Of a stretch of DNA of 64,000 nucleotides, positions 1 through 12,682 are shown piece after piece. This DNA is from Octopus bimaculoides (Eukaryota): assembly GCF_001194135.2 (NCBI RefSeq), contig NC_068988.1, forward strand, positions 31,287,076 to 31,351,075. Direction: 5' to 3'. The notes below the pieces were generated by a model. That model had not been told where the DNA came from, ran no database searches, and worked only from the letters and a program-made list of their open reading frames with translations. Both the position numbers and the translations under genes were made by a program. Each line of letters starts with the position of its first letter. Position 1 is the first letter of the stretch.

Positions 1-659
1 TTTCTCATTTTCTCATCGGTTTTGAACTAAGAATCCAGTGTAATATTACTCATGAATGTCACTTTCACCATTGATTATATAATACATTTCTTTTTATATC
101 ATTAAGGTTTTAGCATGCCGCACTTTATTTTAAGAATCCTCCAATATTATAATGCACGCAATGTAAAATTGAGCTTTGATAAGTTTTTAGGTATTTTTAT
201 ATAAAACAATCGCTTGTATTCACCAGAATCAACATAGAATAGCGGTGTAGTACAACTGTCTATAGTATTCCAAACTTAATGTCTACATATAACATGTACA
301 TACTAACTGAATTTTTATATCTAGCACAAAATCTACGATGAGATTCAATTTTTGACTGATATATGTCAATAAATGGCTAGTAAGGCCAATACTATGCAGT
401 TTATTATTTTTGCTGATATCAAACATACTCTTTCAGAGGGAGGATGTATCCGAAAAATTATTACATACGACTTCAGAATACTTGTAAAGCTGAATCAAAT
501 TTAAAACTTTTTTCAAGGATCAAAAAGATTGCACTTTCAACTGTAGGAATTCACTGCAGTCTTCTGTCCCTCCCCACTACGTACTATCAGGGGTACAGTA
601 ACTTCAACTTCTCCACACCGGAACGATGACTATATTGTGCAACGTATCGTTTAATTTTT

Positions 660-745
660 TAAGATTGTAAGGTATAATTTGAATGACATTTGGCTGCTAT
701 ATCTAAGAGTTTAAACGAACGCTTAGAAGTTCCTTCTGTGGTTTA
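660..745 (+). repeat. Ancient dispersed repeat fragment (family D, unclassified)
   Basis: Motif GATTTGGCTGCTAT..TAG recurs in degenerate form at ~685-710, 11481-11506, 40377-40398 (minus), 50081-50105 and ~51586. Confidence 0.35.
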
Positions 746-1329
746 ATCTTTAATACTTAGTTAATTTTTTTTTACGTTTAGGAAACGATCATATGAGAAG
801 TTAGACATTTTTTATAGTACCAGAAAGCTTGCCTCTGGTTTTATAAAATTTGCTCTTATATATTGTGATGTCCTCCACCACAAAAACCGTCTGTAAGTAT
901 ATCCATATTACGGATTGATAGGGCTGATAGTATATCGGTGAACAAACTGACAGATCGTCATCATAACACCAGCACATTACTGTATGACATCGTATTCAGC
1001 ATAACGTCCTGATGCAAGCAGCAACAGCATTACAAACGAAATGTTGAGTACACTGTCGTCAAACAATTATGAGTTTCAATTCTGATACCAATTCTTCAAG
1101 ACAAGGAATCGATAAGTGATAGAATAATAAATATTTAGGGTGGATATGTGTCTCATAAACTGAATTATACACTATGCAAACTTTGTGTTTCTTGGAAATC
1201 ACAAATGAAAATCAATTTGTAACTGAATTACATGTTCAGATCTTATCTATTATTCTCTTGTTGCTGAACGTCTCTGTATCTCAGTCGTGCAACGTCATAG
1301 CTTCACACCCACCCACGTAACTCTGTATA

Positions 1330-1365
1330 NNNNNNNNNNNNNNNNNNNNNNNNNNNNNNNNNNNN
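1330..1365. other. Assembly gap
   Basis: N run next to (TA)n. Other short gaps: 16307-16316, 19975-19984, 36553-36562, 45701-45710. Confidence 1.
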
Positions 1366-1429
1366 TATATATATATATATATATATGTGTTCATATAGAT
1401 ATAGATAGATGGATATGCATACATACAAA

Positions 1430-1461
<32 letters not shown>

Positions 1462-1719
1462 TATTTTTAATATGCTTCATGTATTGTTTGTCTTGAACAA
1501 TTTACTTTTATGTTACATGACACACAAGGGATATATTTTATGAGTTCTCTTTGTTAAAAATCGACTTTACAGCTATACAAATTTGCTGTTCACTGTAAAC
1601 GATATCGCTATCAGCAAGGAGTTTGGCTAAGAAACATTCTGACGCCACTAGAGCACAGTTATAACCTGAGGTGTAAAAGAGATTTTTGCGTTCTTGCGTA
1701 AAAGAAACATATACATATG

Positions 1720-1870
1720 CAGACATACACACACACACTCACACACACACACGTACACACACACGCTCACGCAGATACACAGACACACGGTACATAAAAA
1801 CACGCATACACAAACACACACGCATAAATACACATATATACATATACGCTCGCACATGTGCACGCGCAAA
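1720..1870. repeat. Degenerate (CA)n/(TA)n microsatellite
   Basis: Direct reading. Confidence 0.9.
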
Positions 1871-1948
1871 GCATCACCCGAAAAGTTCGCCAAGATAGAA
1901 AGATAAAAATTGACATACTTCAACTTCTCATACTCGTCCATGTCCCAG

Positions 1949-2031
<83 letters not shown>

Positions 2032-2110
2032 TTCATCATCGTCATCGACTTCGTCATCATCATTGATACCGTTATTGTCGTCTTTGTCGTCCTCATCGTT
2101 ATCATCACAT
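1949..2110. repeat. (ATC)n microsatellite decaying into GTC/ATT variants
   Basis: Pure TCA repeat at 1949-2031; source of the poly-S/I/M ORFs. Confidence 0.97.
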
Positions 2111-2569
2111 TCAACTGCCTTGCCTTGTACGCTCGATCACTATGATAACATCGTAGAGGTGCTCGCATGAAATATGCTGTTTGTAGAGCACTTTCTTTCC
2201 TGGCACCTCACCCTTCTTGAAGTCTGACAACAATTGATTTCTTATTGAAAAGAGGAAGACAAAATGAAAGAAAAAATTAAAAAAAAAAAACAAGAATCGG
2301 TCACAGTACCTTGCTGAGATATATTTATCGACTCCGAAAATAGGAAAGGAAAACTTAACTTTTCTAGGATTCGAACTTAACACACAGTGAGTCGAGACAT
2401 TTAGCGGAAACCAAGCTATTCAAATCCTTAACAGTTTTGCCAATTTGGAGCCATATTCAATTAGAAGTGCTTGAAGAGAAACAACAAGAACAACGATATC
2501 TTATTTACATGTTTATTGTAAATCCAACCATTGCTTTCCCTAAAACTATATCAAAACTATACTGTGTGT

Positions 2570-2656
2570 TGGCACTCCGTCGCTTACGACGACGAGGGTT
2601 CCAGTTGATCCGATCAACGGAACAGCCTGCTCGTGAAATTAACGTGCAAGTGGCTG
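2570..2656 (-). mobile_element. SINE family E 3' fragment
   Basis: CGACGACGAGGGTTCCAGTTGATCCGATCAACGGAACAGCCTGCTCGTGAAATTAACGTGCAAGTGGCTG closely matches 47575-47650. Confidence 0.7.
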
Positions 2657-3500
2657 GAATGGTCAAAGGGCGAGCTACAGAATCTGGATTGAAGAAATAC
2701 AAAACTCTAAAAGTTATACCGACCAATTCAACATATCAAAAAAAGAAGGAGGATTATTAAACGCAGACGACAGTGTCAATGTTGTGAAACTAGGCTTGAA
2801 AAGTTATGTTGTTCAGAGTAAAGAAAGAATACTACCGGTAGCTACCGATACCCCCAAAAATGACTGAACCAGTAGGAGAATTGAAAGAGAAAAGGAAGAA
2901 CAACAGAATAAAGAAATGGAAAGAAATGGAACCACGTGGCCAATTCTTGCAACAAGCTGAGAACGTTGGAAGTAAAGAACGGAGGGAAGTTGAAAGGAGA
3001 AACTGAAATACTAATTGTAGACTCTCAGGAACAAGCCATTTGAACAAATATGATAAAGCCAAAGATCGACAAAGCTCAGTCATGTAGCAAATGAAGAATT
3101 TATAAGAAAGGAGAAGAAAGTATCAGTCACCTTTTGAGTGAGTGCAGTATATTCGTACAAAATGTAGGCATGAGTGTGTAGGCAAAAGAGAGCATAGGGA
3201 TGTTAACCGAGTATCTGGCTTCAAAATAACAGAAAAATGGTACGAATACGAACCAGAGGCTGTGATAAAAGGTGAAAATTAAAGGATCTTGTGGCACTAC
3301 CCCATAAAGATTGACCATACTACTGAAGCAAGAATAACAGATACGGTTATAGAAGACAAAATAATTAAGCAGGGTAAGATCATAGATTTGAGAAATGTCA
3401 GAATCAAATCAGAATACGGAGGACACTGTGGAAGACTAAATTAACAATCATTCTTGTGGTAATTGTTGCACTTGACACAATGCACAAAATGCTACCTAAA
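2655..3500 (+). mobile_element. R4/Dong-like RLE LINE, degraded C-terminal fragment (copy 1)
   Basis: Broken-frame translation gives KKEGGLLN, KLKGETEILIVDSQEQAI, WYEYEPEAV, ILWHYPI and VIVALD, collinear with copies at 4008-5447 and 14823-16213. Confidence 0.8.
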
Positions 3501-3502
3501 AG

Positions 3503-3576
3503 TCAGAACGGAAAGACGGATGAAATGCCGCTAAGCATTTTGCCCGGCGTGTTTAGGATTTTGTCAGCTCGTCGCC

Positions 3577-3579
<3 letters not shown>
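3503..3579 (-). mobile_element. SINE family A head fragment
   Basis: Reverse complement of the family head (GGCGACGAGCTGACAAAATCC...AAATGCTTAGCGGCATTTC...GTTCTGA). Confidence 0.8.
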
Positions 3580-3637
<58 letters not shown>

Positions 3638-3686
3638 TAATAATAATAACAATAATAACAATAATAATAGATAGATAGATAGATAG
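3578..3686. repeat. (AAT)n followed by (GATA)n
   Basis: Direct reading. Confidence 0.98.
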
Positions 3687-3879
3687 AAGAGTTCTTTACT
3701 TTTGTATACGATTGACACAATCCATCACTAAGGTAAACATTAAGTTGGCCTTGTTGATGGGTTACGTCAGCTATGTTTACCTTCGTGATGGATTGTGTCA
3801 ATCGTATACAAAGTAAAGAACTCTTCTATCTATCTATTACATTTCTGCTGAGTTACTTCAGTCCTTTATATGAACTAAT

Positions 3880-3919
3880 ACTAATAGTGATAATAATAAT
3901 AAGGATAATGATGATGATG

Positions 3920-4001
<82 letters not shown>

Positions 4002-4007
4002 TGATGA
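3880..4007. repeat. (AAT)n/(GAT)n microsatellite at the 5' junction of Dong copy 2
   Basis: Direct reading. Confidence 0.97.
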
Positions 4008-5447
4008 TACCTGGGGATAAACGAAGGAGATGGTATACAACATGCTACTATGAAGGAAAAAATAAGAAAGGAGAATTACAAGAGAATATGGCTCATTAAA
4101 AATTGAACACAAATCCAAAAATGGCATCGAAGCCATTAACACCCTGGCACTTCCAGTAGTCCAATATAGTTTTAACATCATTAACAGGAATCTTACAGAG
4201 CTCCAACGCCTGGACAGGAAGACAAGAAAAATGCTAACTTTTGAGAACATGCAAAAGCAGATGGTGATCGTCTGTATCTACCTAGAAGCAATGGGGGAAG
4301 AGGAACGATGCAGGTCGACCTCCACAATAGCAATGAACAGGTATTTATCTAGTACGGAGGTCCGGCTGCTGCAGCTTTTATGGAAACATGAATTCAGCAA
4401 AAGATCACATTCTATTTTCAAGGAAGCTTGCAAATTCGCATGGGAACTCGGCATTAACCCCGAATTAGGTGAAATACCTGATACTACTGCCGCAAAACAA
4501 GTAAAACGGATCAAGAAAACTGCAAAAAAGAATGGGAAGAAACAAATTGAGGAGCGGTGGAGCCAGAAGCCTCTGCATGAACAGTATATAAGTCGAAATG
4601 CTATGTAGACCAAGCAACAACTCAACAGTGGCTGAGAAGTTCAGGACTAAAAGCAGAGACTGGAGGTTTCATACTCGCGGCACATTATCAAAGCTTGCTT
4701 ACTAAAAACTACCAGGCTAACGTTCTTCAAAACGGTTCTGACCCTAAATGCAGATTCTGCAATACATTTGACGAAACAATAGACCATCTTGTCTCGGGAT
4801 GTCCTGTGCTGACACCAAACGAATACAAAAATCACTACGATAGGATAGGACAGTATTTACATTGGGAAATATGTAAACACTGCAAAATCAGCATTCCTGC
4901 TTATTGGTATGAACATTATCCTGAACCAGTTGTTGAAGGTAAAAATGTTACTATCCTCTGGGATTTTCCAATCAACACTGACAGAACAATCCAGGCTTAT
5001 CGACCAGACATGATTATTAAAGACAAGGAAAAAAAAATACTTGTAGACTAGTAGATGTAAGTGTTCCCATTGCTAAAAATATATCTGTAAAGGAATTTGA
5101 CAAATTATGTAAATAAAAGGACCTGGAAATTGAAATACAAAAGATGTGGTATCTTAAAGCGAGAACTTCCTGTTATTGTAGGTGCCCTAGGTAGGATAAA
5201 ATCCCAGGAGAACCATGTCTCACAATAATCCAAAAAGATTGTGCTGACAAGTACTACCCAAATCCATAGCAAAACCGTAGCCATTTAAATGTCAGTGTTG
5301 TGTTACATGAAGATATTTTGCTATTGCCTCAACCAGTTGCCCTCCTCAAGCTTTCAGTCATACTGTAACGTCTCTTACCCTTCACTCGCCCGAGGACGCT
5401 GGATGTACCTCGGCAAGTGATTGTAACAAACATGCAGATTCAAAGCA
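4008..5447 (+). mobile_element. R4/Dong-like RLE LINE, 5'-truncated (copy 2)
   Basis: YLGINEGDG, EAINTLALPVVQYSFNII, LDRKTRKMLT, WLRSSGLKAETGGF, CCHC knuckle CRFCNTFDETIDHLVSGC, RLE motif RPDMIIKDKEKK..VDVSVP, then 3'UTR and (AAT)n tail; frameshifts and stops present. Confidence 0.93.
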
Positions 5448-5507
<60 letters not shown>

Positions 5508-5508
5508 C

Positions 5509-5601
<93 letters not shown>
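5448..5601. repeat. (AAT)n tail/target tract
   Basis: Direct reading; another (AAT)n tract at 5750-5848. Confidence 0.98.
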
Positions 5602-5604
<3 letters not shown>

Positions 5605-5749
5605 TCCCCCTTTTCTCTATCATATGAAAATCTGGTGTGTTTGTTCTAATGGTCTACCAATGTATACAGAATATTTCTCTGCCCTAGGTATCAGGAAGGC
5701 ACTCGGCAAGAAATAGAAATAGAACTGAAAGAAGATGCTATTGAAAATG

Positions 5750-5826
<77 letters not shown>

Positions 5827-5850
5827 TATAATAATAATTATAATAATCAT

Positions 5851-6070
5851 TTCTACTATAGGCACACAGCCTGAAATTTTGTGGGAGGGGGCTAGTCGAT
5901 TGCATTGACCACCCCCTACCCCAGTGATTCATTGGTACTAAATTTATCGACCTCGAAACGATGAAAAGCAAGGTCGACTTCGACGGAATTTGAACTCAGA
6001 AGGTAGCGATGGGCGAAACCGCTATGCGTTTCGTCAAGCGTCCTAACGACTCTGTCAGCTTGTCACCTTA
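5851..6070 (-). mobile_element. SINE family A (tRNA-derived), full length
   Basis: Minus strand shows tRNA-like head, B-box-like GAGTTCAAATTCC, body GTCGAC..TTTCATC..GGTCGATAAA..GTACCA and tail ending in ATT repeats. Confidence 0.85.
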
Positions 6071-6100
6071 TATAATAATAATAATGATGGTAATAATAAC

Positions 6101-6151
<51 letters not shown>

Positions 6152-6153
<2 letters not shown>

Positions 6154-6364
6154 TTTCAAATTTTTGCCACATGGACAATTTGAGGGAGGAGATTAAGTTA
6201 ATTACATGTACCCCAGTGCGTAACTGGTACTTATTTAATCGACCCCGAAAAAATGGAAGGCAAAGTCGACCTCGGTGGAATTTGAACTCAAAAGGTAGCG
6301 ACGGGCGAAATACCGCTAAGCATTTCGTCCATAGTACTAACGACTCTGCCAGCTCTTCGCCTTA
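6152..6364 (-). mobile_element. SINE family A, full length
   Basis: Same motifs; flanked by (AAT)n-like tracts on the plus strand. Confidence 0.88.
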
Positions 6365-6442
6365 TATAGCAACAACAGCAACAGCAGCAGCAAGAACAAC
6401 AACAACAACAACAACAATAATAATAATTATAATGATAATAAT

Positions 6443-6606
6443 GATTTCAAATTTTTGCCACAAGGGCAACTTGGGGGAGGAGATTAAATCAATAACATGG
6501 ACCCCAGTGCGTAACTGGTACTTATTTAATCGACCCTGAAAGGATGAAAGGCAAAGTCGACCTCGGCGGAATTTGAACTCAGAACGTAGCGACGGGCGAA
6601 ATACCA
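6443..6606 (-). mobile_element. SINE family A, head-truncated
   Basis: Near-identical body to 6152-6310. Confidence 0.88.
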
Positions 6607-6776
6607 CCATCATCATCGTCGTCTTCGTCGTCGCCGTTGTCGTCATCGTCATCGTCATCTTCAACGCGGTCATCATCATCATCACCATCGCAAAAACCAT
6701 TACCACTAGCACCACTACTATCACCATCATCACCACCGTCACTATTTCCACCAACACGATCACAACCACCACCACC

Positions 6777-6808
<32 letters not shown>

Positions 6809-6900
6809 CAAAAACAGCAACAGCAACAACCATCTCTTCCTCATCATCAGCATTAACAAAAGCAGCAGTAACATCATTTTGTATCATCATTGTCTGTCCA
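6607..6900. repeat. Compound degenerate trinucleotide tract (CAT/CGT/CAC/AAC)
   Basis: Direct reading. Confidence 0.9.
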
Positions 6901-7139
6901 TATTCTTCATTGGTATCTTAAATTTCCAGCATCACACATCATATCCAACATCTACTTTATAAATGCAAAACAATATTCTCAGACATATAAAACAGGAAAA
7001 CCATATTTTTGTTGATCTTTGACAAATGTTTCAGATCAAGTTCCACCTGCTATGTTCAAAATACAAAATATAATTTGTAACATTGTATATTTCTCTACTT
7101 CCAGTTTCCTATATCCTGTCACTGCAGTCTCTCCCTCCC

Positions 7140-7143
<4 letters not shown>

Positions 7144-7195
<52 letters not shown>

Positions 7196-7212
7196 CCTCT
7201 CTCTCTCTCTCT
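7144..7212. repeat. (CT)n microsatellite
   Basis: Direct reading. Confidence 0.97.
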
Positions 7213-7589
7213 CTTTCACTTTTTCTTTGTTGCTAATCTATATAGGATTCTCTTACATGACAGTAACGAAATGTTACATGGATGCATACATTTGATATTA
7301 TTCCAAGAAAACACTCCCGATAGTACACATTTCCAGTGACGAGAAAACTAGGATATATGTTCATTTTACAGTGGTATTTTACTATGCTCAGAGAATCAGT
7401 TGATTGACAGTCTAAATGTCTTGCTGTATACACTTGACTGGCGTTGCTGATTCTAGCCAGGTCTGTGTTTTCAATCCTGTACAAGGCAAAGTTAATATAT
7501 TCAGATCGTCAACTCTATATGATGTTCCAAATTATTTTCAAACAAAATTTTCGTTCACTTTACTAGCCATACAACACACACACGCACTC

Positions 7590-7692
<103 letters not shown>

Positions 7693-8124
7693 TATACTAG
7701 TGCGGACTCGCTAACACAAGTTTTTATACATATTTAACCTCATTTACATTCATCTTTAACCTCAAAGCATAAATCAGCATTTATGGTTTTCGAAGAACTA
7801 GGAGAAAGGTATGAGGGACGCCTGATGTGTGAAAAAATGAGTTGTGATATATAATTGGAACGATTGACCTGTTGATCAAATCCTTAAAAAATCAGAGGTT
7901 GATTGCTTATATTTCATAGGGTTCAGCGGTTGAGCCTATTAGTGTTTGTACAACAATAACACACAGATCAGAACAGAAATTACACCAGGAACATCATCAC
8001 AACTGCCTCTGTCATCATGATACTCATCAATCGTCATTAGCAAAGTTACCATCGACGCCAACTCTAATATCATCGACTCCGACCCCACCATCATCATCGT
8101 TCTTGATGTCGTTGTCGTCGTTTT

Positions 8125-8177
8125 CATCGACGTTGTCATCGACGTTGTCATCGACGTTGTCATCGACGTTGTCATCG
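8125..8177. repeat. 12-bp minisatellite (CATCGACGTTGT)x4.4
   Basis: Four exact units starting at 8125, 8137, 8149 and 8161. Confidence 0.97.
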
Positions 8178-8230
8178 TCGTCGTCGAAGTATCGTTCATC
8201 ACTTACATTTATTATCACCGGACAAAATTA

Positions 8231-9400
8231 TTGGGTCATCCCATAAATAATGCGGTTTTTCTATACTTCTTTTATTTTTTAAAATTAAGATAAACAAAGT
8301 TCTTTTTTAATCCAAAATATACTCTCTTTTATTTTCTACAATGCCCTTCGACCTGTCAGGTAAACTTGCAAGACTCCTCTTCCAATATTCACTTTTCCGT
8401 GACGAAAGATACTCTTCTAGTACTATTCTGACCTCGTCTACAGAAGTCATATTTTTTCCCGTTCAAATGATATTAAGACTGCGAAATAAATGATAATCAG
8501 ATGGGACAATATCCGCGAATAAGGCGAGTGGGGCATCGCTTCTCATTCAAACTGCTCCAGCCTTTGGAATGTCATCTTCAGGGTATGTGGCCGAGCATTA
8601 TCTTGATGGTCGTTTTTCTTCCAGCGTTGCTTTAAGCCGCTCAAGCTGCTTGCAGTAGATCTCCTTTGTCATCGCTTGGATTGGGTTTCAAAGTTTAAAG
8701 TGGACTAAACCTTTCATATGCCAGTTAACAGTTAACAGTTAACAGCACCTTACGTGGGTGAAAACCTTCTTTAACCTGGGGTGCTGGTGTTTCTCCTTCC
8801 CCTAACCACTGTCTTCGGGGCTTCACATTTTTATAGAGAACCCATTTCTCGACGTCGGTCACTATTCAGTCCCCAAAATGGTTCATTCGTGAGACGTAAC
8901 AAAAAGGAGAACACATTCACTTTCTGCGCGCGATTAGACTCGGAAAGTTTGTGAAGAACCCATTGACCCAATTTGCAGACATTTCCGATGGCACACAGGA
9001 GTCGATGAATGGTTGAATGATCAAATCCAAGTTTCTCTGCTAGTTCCTCAGCAGTTACGATGGGACTTTGTTCCACCAGGATTTGCAGGACGTCCTCGTC
9101 GAGTTCTACAGATCTTCCAGGACGAGGGTCGTCTTCTAGGATGTAGCTTCTGGCTCGGAATTTCTGGACCTACCGTTGACACTGGCTTACGCTTATTGTC
9201 CAATCCCCATGTATTGTATTAATATTCCTCGCACTTTCCGTTACGTTGTTTCCTTTATTGAACTCATAAAGCAAAATACGCCGAATATGCTCCTTTGTCA
9301 CTTCCATTATAGCTTAGAAAATATAACTGTTACAATCGAATTGCACTTTTCAAAACTTGCACTAAGAATAAGAACACGGAAAAATTACTACCTGCTTTTA
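8231..9400 (-). mobile_element. Mariner (DD34D) transposon, near-full-length, defective
   Basis: One TIR (TA|TTGGGTCATCCCATAAATAATGCGG at 8229); other end not found. Confidence 0.9.
8307..9307 (-). pseudogene. Mariner transposase pseudogene
   Basis: MEVTKEHIRRILLYEFNKG..., GQWVLHKL (WVPHEL motif), VTDVEKW (first catalytic D replaced by V), HQDNARPH, and a frameshifted YSPDIAPSDYHLF. Confidence 0.9.
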
Positions 9401-9509
9401 TAGCAAGTTGATCCAGGTAATTTATCCCATCCTCATCCGACATTTAGTGCATACAGTTGAAGAAAATGCTTCCTTTATGAGCGGACTTAATATTAGAGGT
9501 TTCTTTTTT

Positions 9510-9665
9510 TGGCTTTACCTTCTGAGCCCAAATGCTGCTGAAGTTGAATTTGTTTCCATCGGTTCGGAGTCGCTAAAACAAGCACCAGTCAAGCGTTGGG
9601 ATTGATGATATCAACTTATACCTTATTCTAAAATTGCTGGCTTTGTGCTAAAATTTGAAACCAAT
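9510..9665 (+). mobile_element. SINE family A, degraded
   Basis: Ends in the family tail AAATTGCTGGCTTTGTGCTAAAATTTGAAACC. Confidence 0.6.
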
Positions 9666-9714
9666 GTTATTACTTTTATCATTAGGGCGGTGTATTGGCG
9701 CGTTGGAGCGGCGT

Positions 9715-9905
9715 GGGAAGAATTGGCAGTGACAGAATCGTTAGCTCGTCTGACAAAATGCTTACGGCATTTCGCACGTCGTTATGTTCTGAGTTCAAAT
9801 TCCGTCGAGTTCGATTATACCTTTCGGTGTCAATAAACTAAGAACAAGTTGACCATTGTGACCGATGTAATTGACTATCTCCCTCCCTCACAAAATTCGG
9901 GCAAT
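9715..9905 (+). mobile_element. SINE family A
   Basis: CAGAATCGTTAGC...AAATGCTTACGGCATTTCG...GTTCTGAGTTCAAATTCCGTCGAG. Confidence 0.8.
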
Positions 9906-10165
9906 GTATCATCGTTATCCATAACAGTATCACCCTTATTCTCACCATTATCATAGTCATCGTCACCATCACCATCGCCATCACCTTCATCATCATCATC
10001 TTCATTGTCGTAGTCCTCATCATCATATCATCCTCATCATCATTAACTTTCTTCCCTCCTCTTCTTCTTCATGATCATCGTCGTCGTCGTCGTCATCCTC
10101 CTCCTCATGATCATCATCACCATCATGGTCGTTGTCGTCGTCATGGTTGTTATTGTCTTTTCAAC
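9905..10165. repeat. Degenerate (CAT/CGT/CCT)n tract
   Basis: Direct reading. Confidence 0.85.
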
Positions 10166-10348
10166 ATCACACCTTAGGTCCATTATCACTTTTAGAAATA
10201 GAAAATATTTTCATATACGAAAGAATACCGTATTTTGCTGAACCTTGGCAAATGGTTTGGATCAAATTCCACTTGCTTTGCCCAACATACAAGCTATAAT
10301 ATTTAATACACTCTCTTTCTTCCTCTTAGTTTCTCCCTTACTCTTTTA

Positions 10349-10400
<52 letters not shown>

Positions 10401-11951
10401 GTATAGCCTATAACTTCATTGTTTCCCCTTCTCTTCATTTTCTCTCCCTATCATTCTTGCTCCCAACCTTTCTTTCTCTCTCACCCACTTTATTATCGTT
10501 GCCGCCTGTTGTCACGTCTCTTACAATCTACTAGCAAAAGGCAGACACGAATACATAAATTTGATAATAGTATATCACAACATTTCGAGATAAATCAACC
10601 GATGATACCACTTTCGAACGAGTTTAAAACAAGGTTGTATTCTCATTCATGGAATATATAGGATAAACAACTGTATTTCATACAATATTGCCCAGAGACT
10701 ACTTCATTGTCACTGTCGGCGTCAAGAACATCATCATCAGAAACACGAGTGCTAAAATACTTTTATTAGTGAGCTAATAAATTTTTGATCACCTAAAATT
10801 ACTTCCGTTGAGATGAATAAAGTAGCTATGTAAATAAATCTGGTACGTAAGAGAAACGGACCGGAATTAAAATTAATTAGAATTAATTAAATACAGAATG
10901 TATAATTTAAAACTAATTAAATAGAGAAACTTTATTAAATTCAGAAATAGAAAATCACATGAATATAGAAATATATAGAATTTATTTAATGACTAGTCGG
11001 TTAGATGGTATTGTTCTATGAGTGTTGAGAATTATGTCGTACAATAAGTACTTCTTAAACATTTACAGTTATCCTGCCTTTTCTTTAATTGGCACTTTTT
11101 CAGCGCCCTTCCTTGTTACATTCAATACTTTCCATTTTTAGTGTAATACATGTAATATAAGGCCAGAGTAACCAAGTTCCCTTGAGAGCAATCTAGTTCC
11201 GGTCAGAGTAATCTAATTTAACGCAGGTGATTACTTATGAAAGCACCAAGTAGAGGCGAATTTAGCAGCATGGTAGGATTAATTGTCACCACATATGTAA
11301 CCGAGACTGTTGGACGTTCTCTAAACAATACTCTACCTCTTCATTTTCATGTACATCCCTAACTAAGACCTTGGATGATCAAGTACAAAGAGCAAAAGCT
11401 CTCCAGCCTTAAGCATTCTGTAATGAGATTGCACTATACAAAATATCCTTTTTAGAATTATTGTAAAATAGGATTTGATGAAGATTTGGCTGTTATTTTT
11501 AGCAGGTAGGGCAACTGCTTAAAGACTTCCTCGCATGTTGTTGATAGCGATGGCGTCATCCATATTTTGTTTGGAGATATTAATATTGATTTCTGTTGTT
11601 TAGTCCCAAAATGTAAGCAAACATTTTGTCAAAAGACATTCCGGTCGTGACGATTCTGTTTGTTTTTTTTTCCATTATGGTGTATCTTGATCTTAAGCAT
11701 CCGATATGTCTTCCACCAATATAACATCAGGACGTAATTTGAGAGTGATGTCGAAGTTATATCAAGCAGGTCGAGTAAGATAACACACAAAGAATATCTT
11801 ATTGACTGGAAGGAGTTAACATGTTAGAAATCATAGAAATAAATATCTGACAGCTGTTAGTTTACTGCATGTACATTCTGATCTCAAATGCTACAAGCTA
11901 TTAACTCATTGCAGTTCCTTTAAACCTGCAGCTATACAGTTATTCAAATGA

Positions 11952-12110
11952 GCCAGGCATAGCGGTGTGGTTAAGAAACCTTTACGCAATTACTAGGATT
12001 CAAGATTCAGTCCACTGGGAGGCAGCTCAGTGAAATAACTTCCAACATAGCTCCGAATTACTCAATTGCTTGTAAATGAAACTTGGCTTGAGAGAACTGT
12101 GAGGAAGCCC
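11952..12110 (+). mobile_element. SINE family C, old 5' half
   Basis: GGCATAGCGGTGTGGTTAAGAA...GATTCAGTCCACTG collinear with the head of 12981-13378. Confidence 0.45.
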
Positions 12111-12618
12111 ATCATTGGGACGTTTCGTGATTTTGATCGATAAACTTCATACATTGCCTTGTTTAACACCAGTATATGGTGTTTCAGTGCCTTGATAGAA
12201 TTCACTCTTTGGTGTAGGGTTTAGTCTCCAGATACCTCCATCTCTTTATCCTTTTATCTCTTCCTCAGTCAGTCTCAGAAGGCTTGGAAACTATCATTGG
12301 AACTGCTCGCCCTCCCTTGACTCAGTAACCTTGTCAGAAAATTAGTGAAAGACAAACAAAAAATTCTTCCCTCGTTGAATAGTTATGATGAGACGTTGAT
12401 TTCAACTTTTCCCAGTTGTGCTTTAGCTTGTTTTCTTTGAGATGTTTTCAAGGAAATGTTCTTCTAGTTCAGCTGCAATATTAAAGTGCTAGGTCTTGAA
12501 TTGTTCTGCTTCATACTACTGAGTCAAAGCAGACTGTCTTGATTATGAGAAGACTTTGATTGATCAATCTATAAAATCAAAGAATTCTTCACTTCATTAG
12601 TGAATCGGTAACTAGTTG

Positions 12619-12619
<1 letters not shown>

Positions 12620-12681
<62 letters not shown>
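12620..12681. repeat. (CTA)n microsatellite
   Basis: Direct reading. Confidence 0.98.

Positions 12682-12682
<1 letters not shown>

Noticed and set aside
1858-2170. Poly-I/S/M ORFs, and all similar poly-I, poly-YI, poly-CV and poly-HT ORFs in the track
   Set aside because: They are translations of microsatellites, open in several frames and on both strands.
5851-6606. Regularly spaced SINE repeats as a CRISPR or satellite array
   Set aside because: Units are ~200-bp tRNA-derived SINEs separated by microsatellites.
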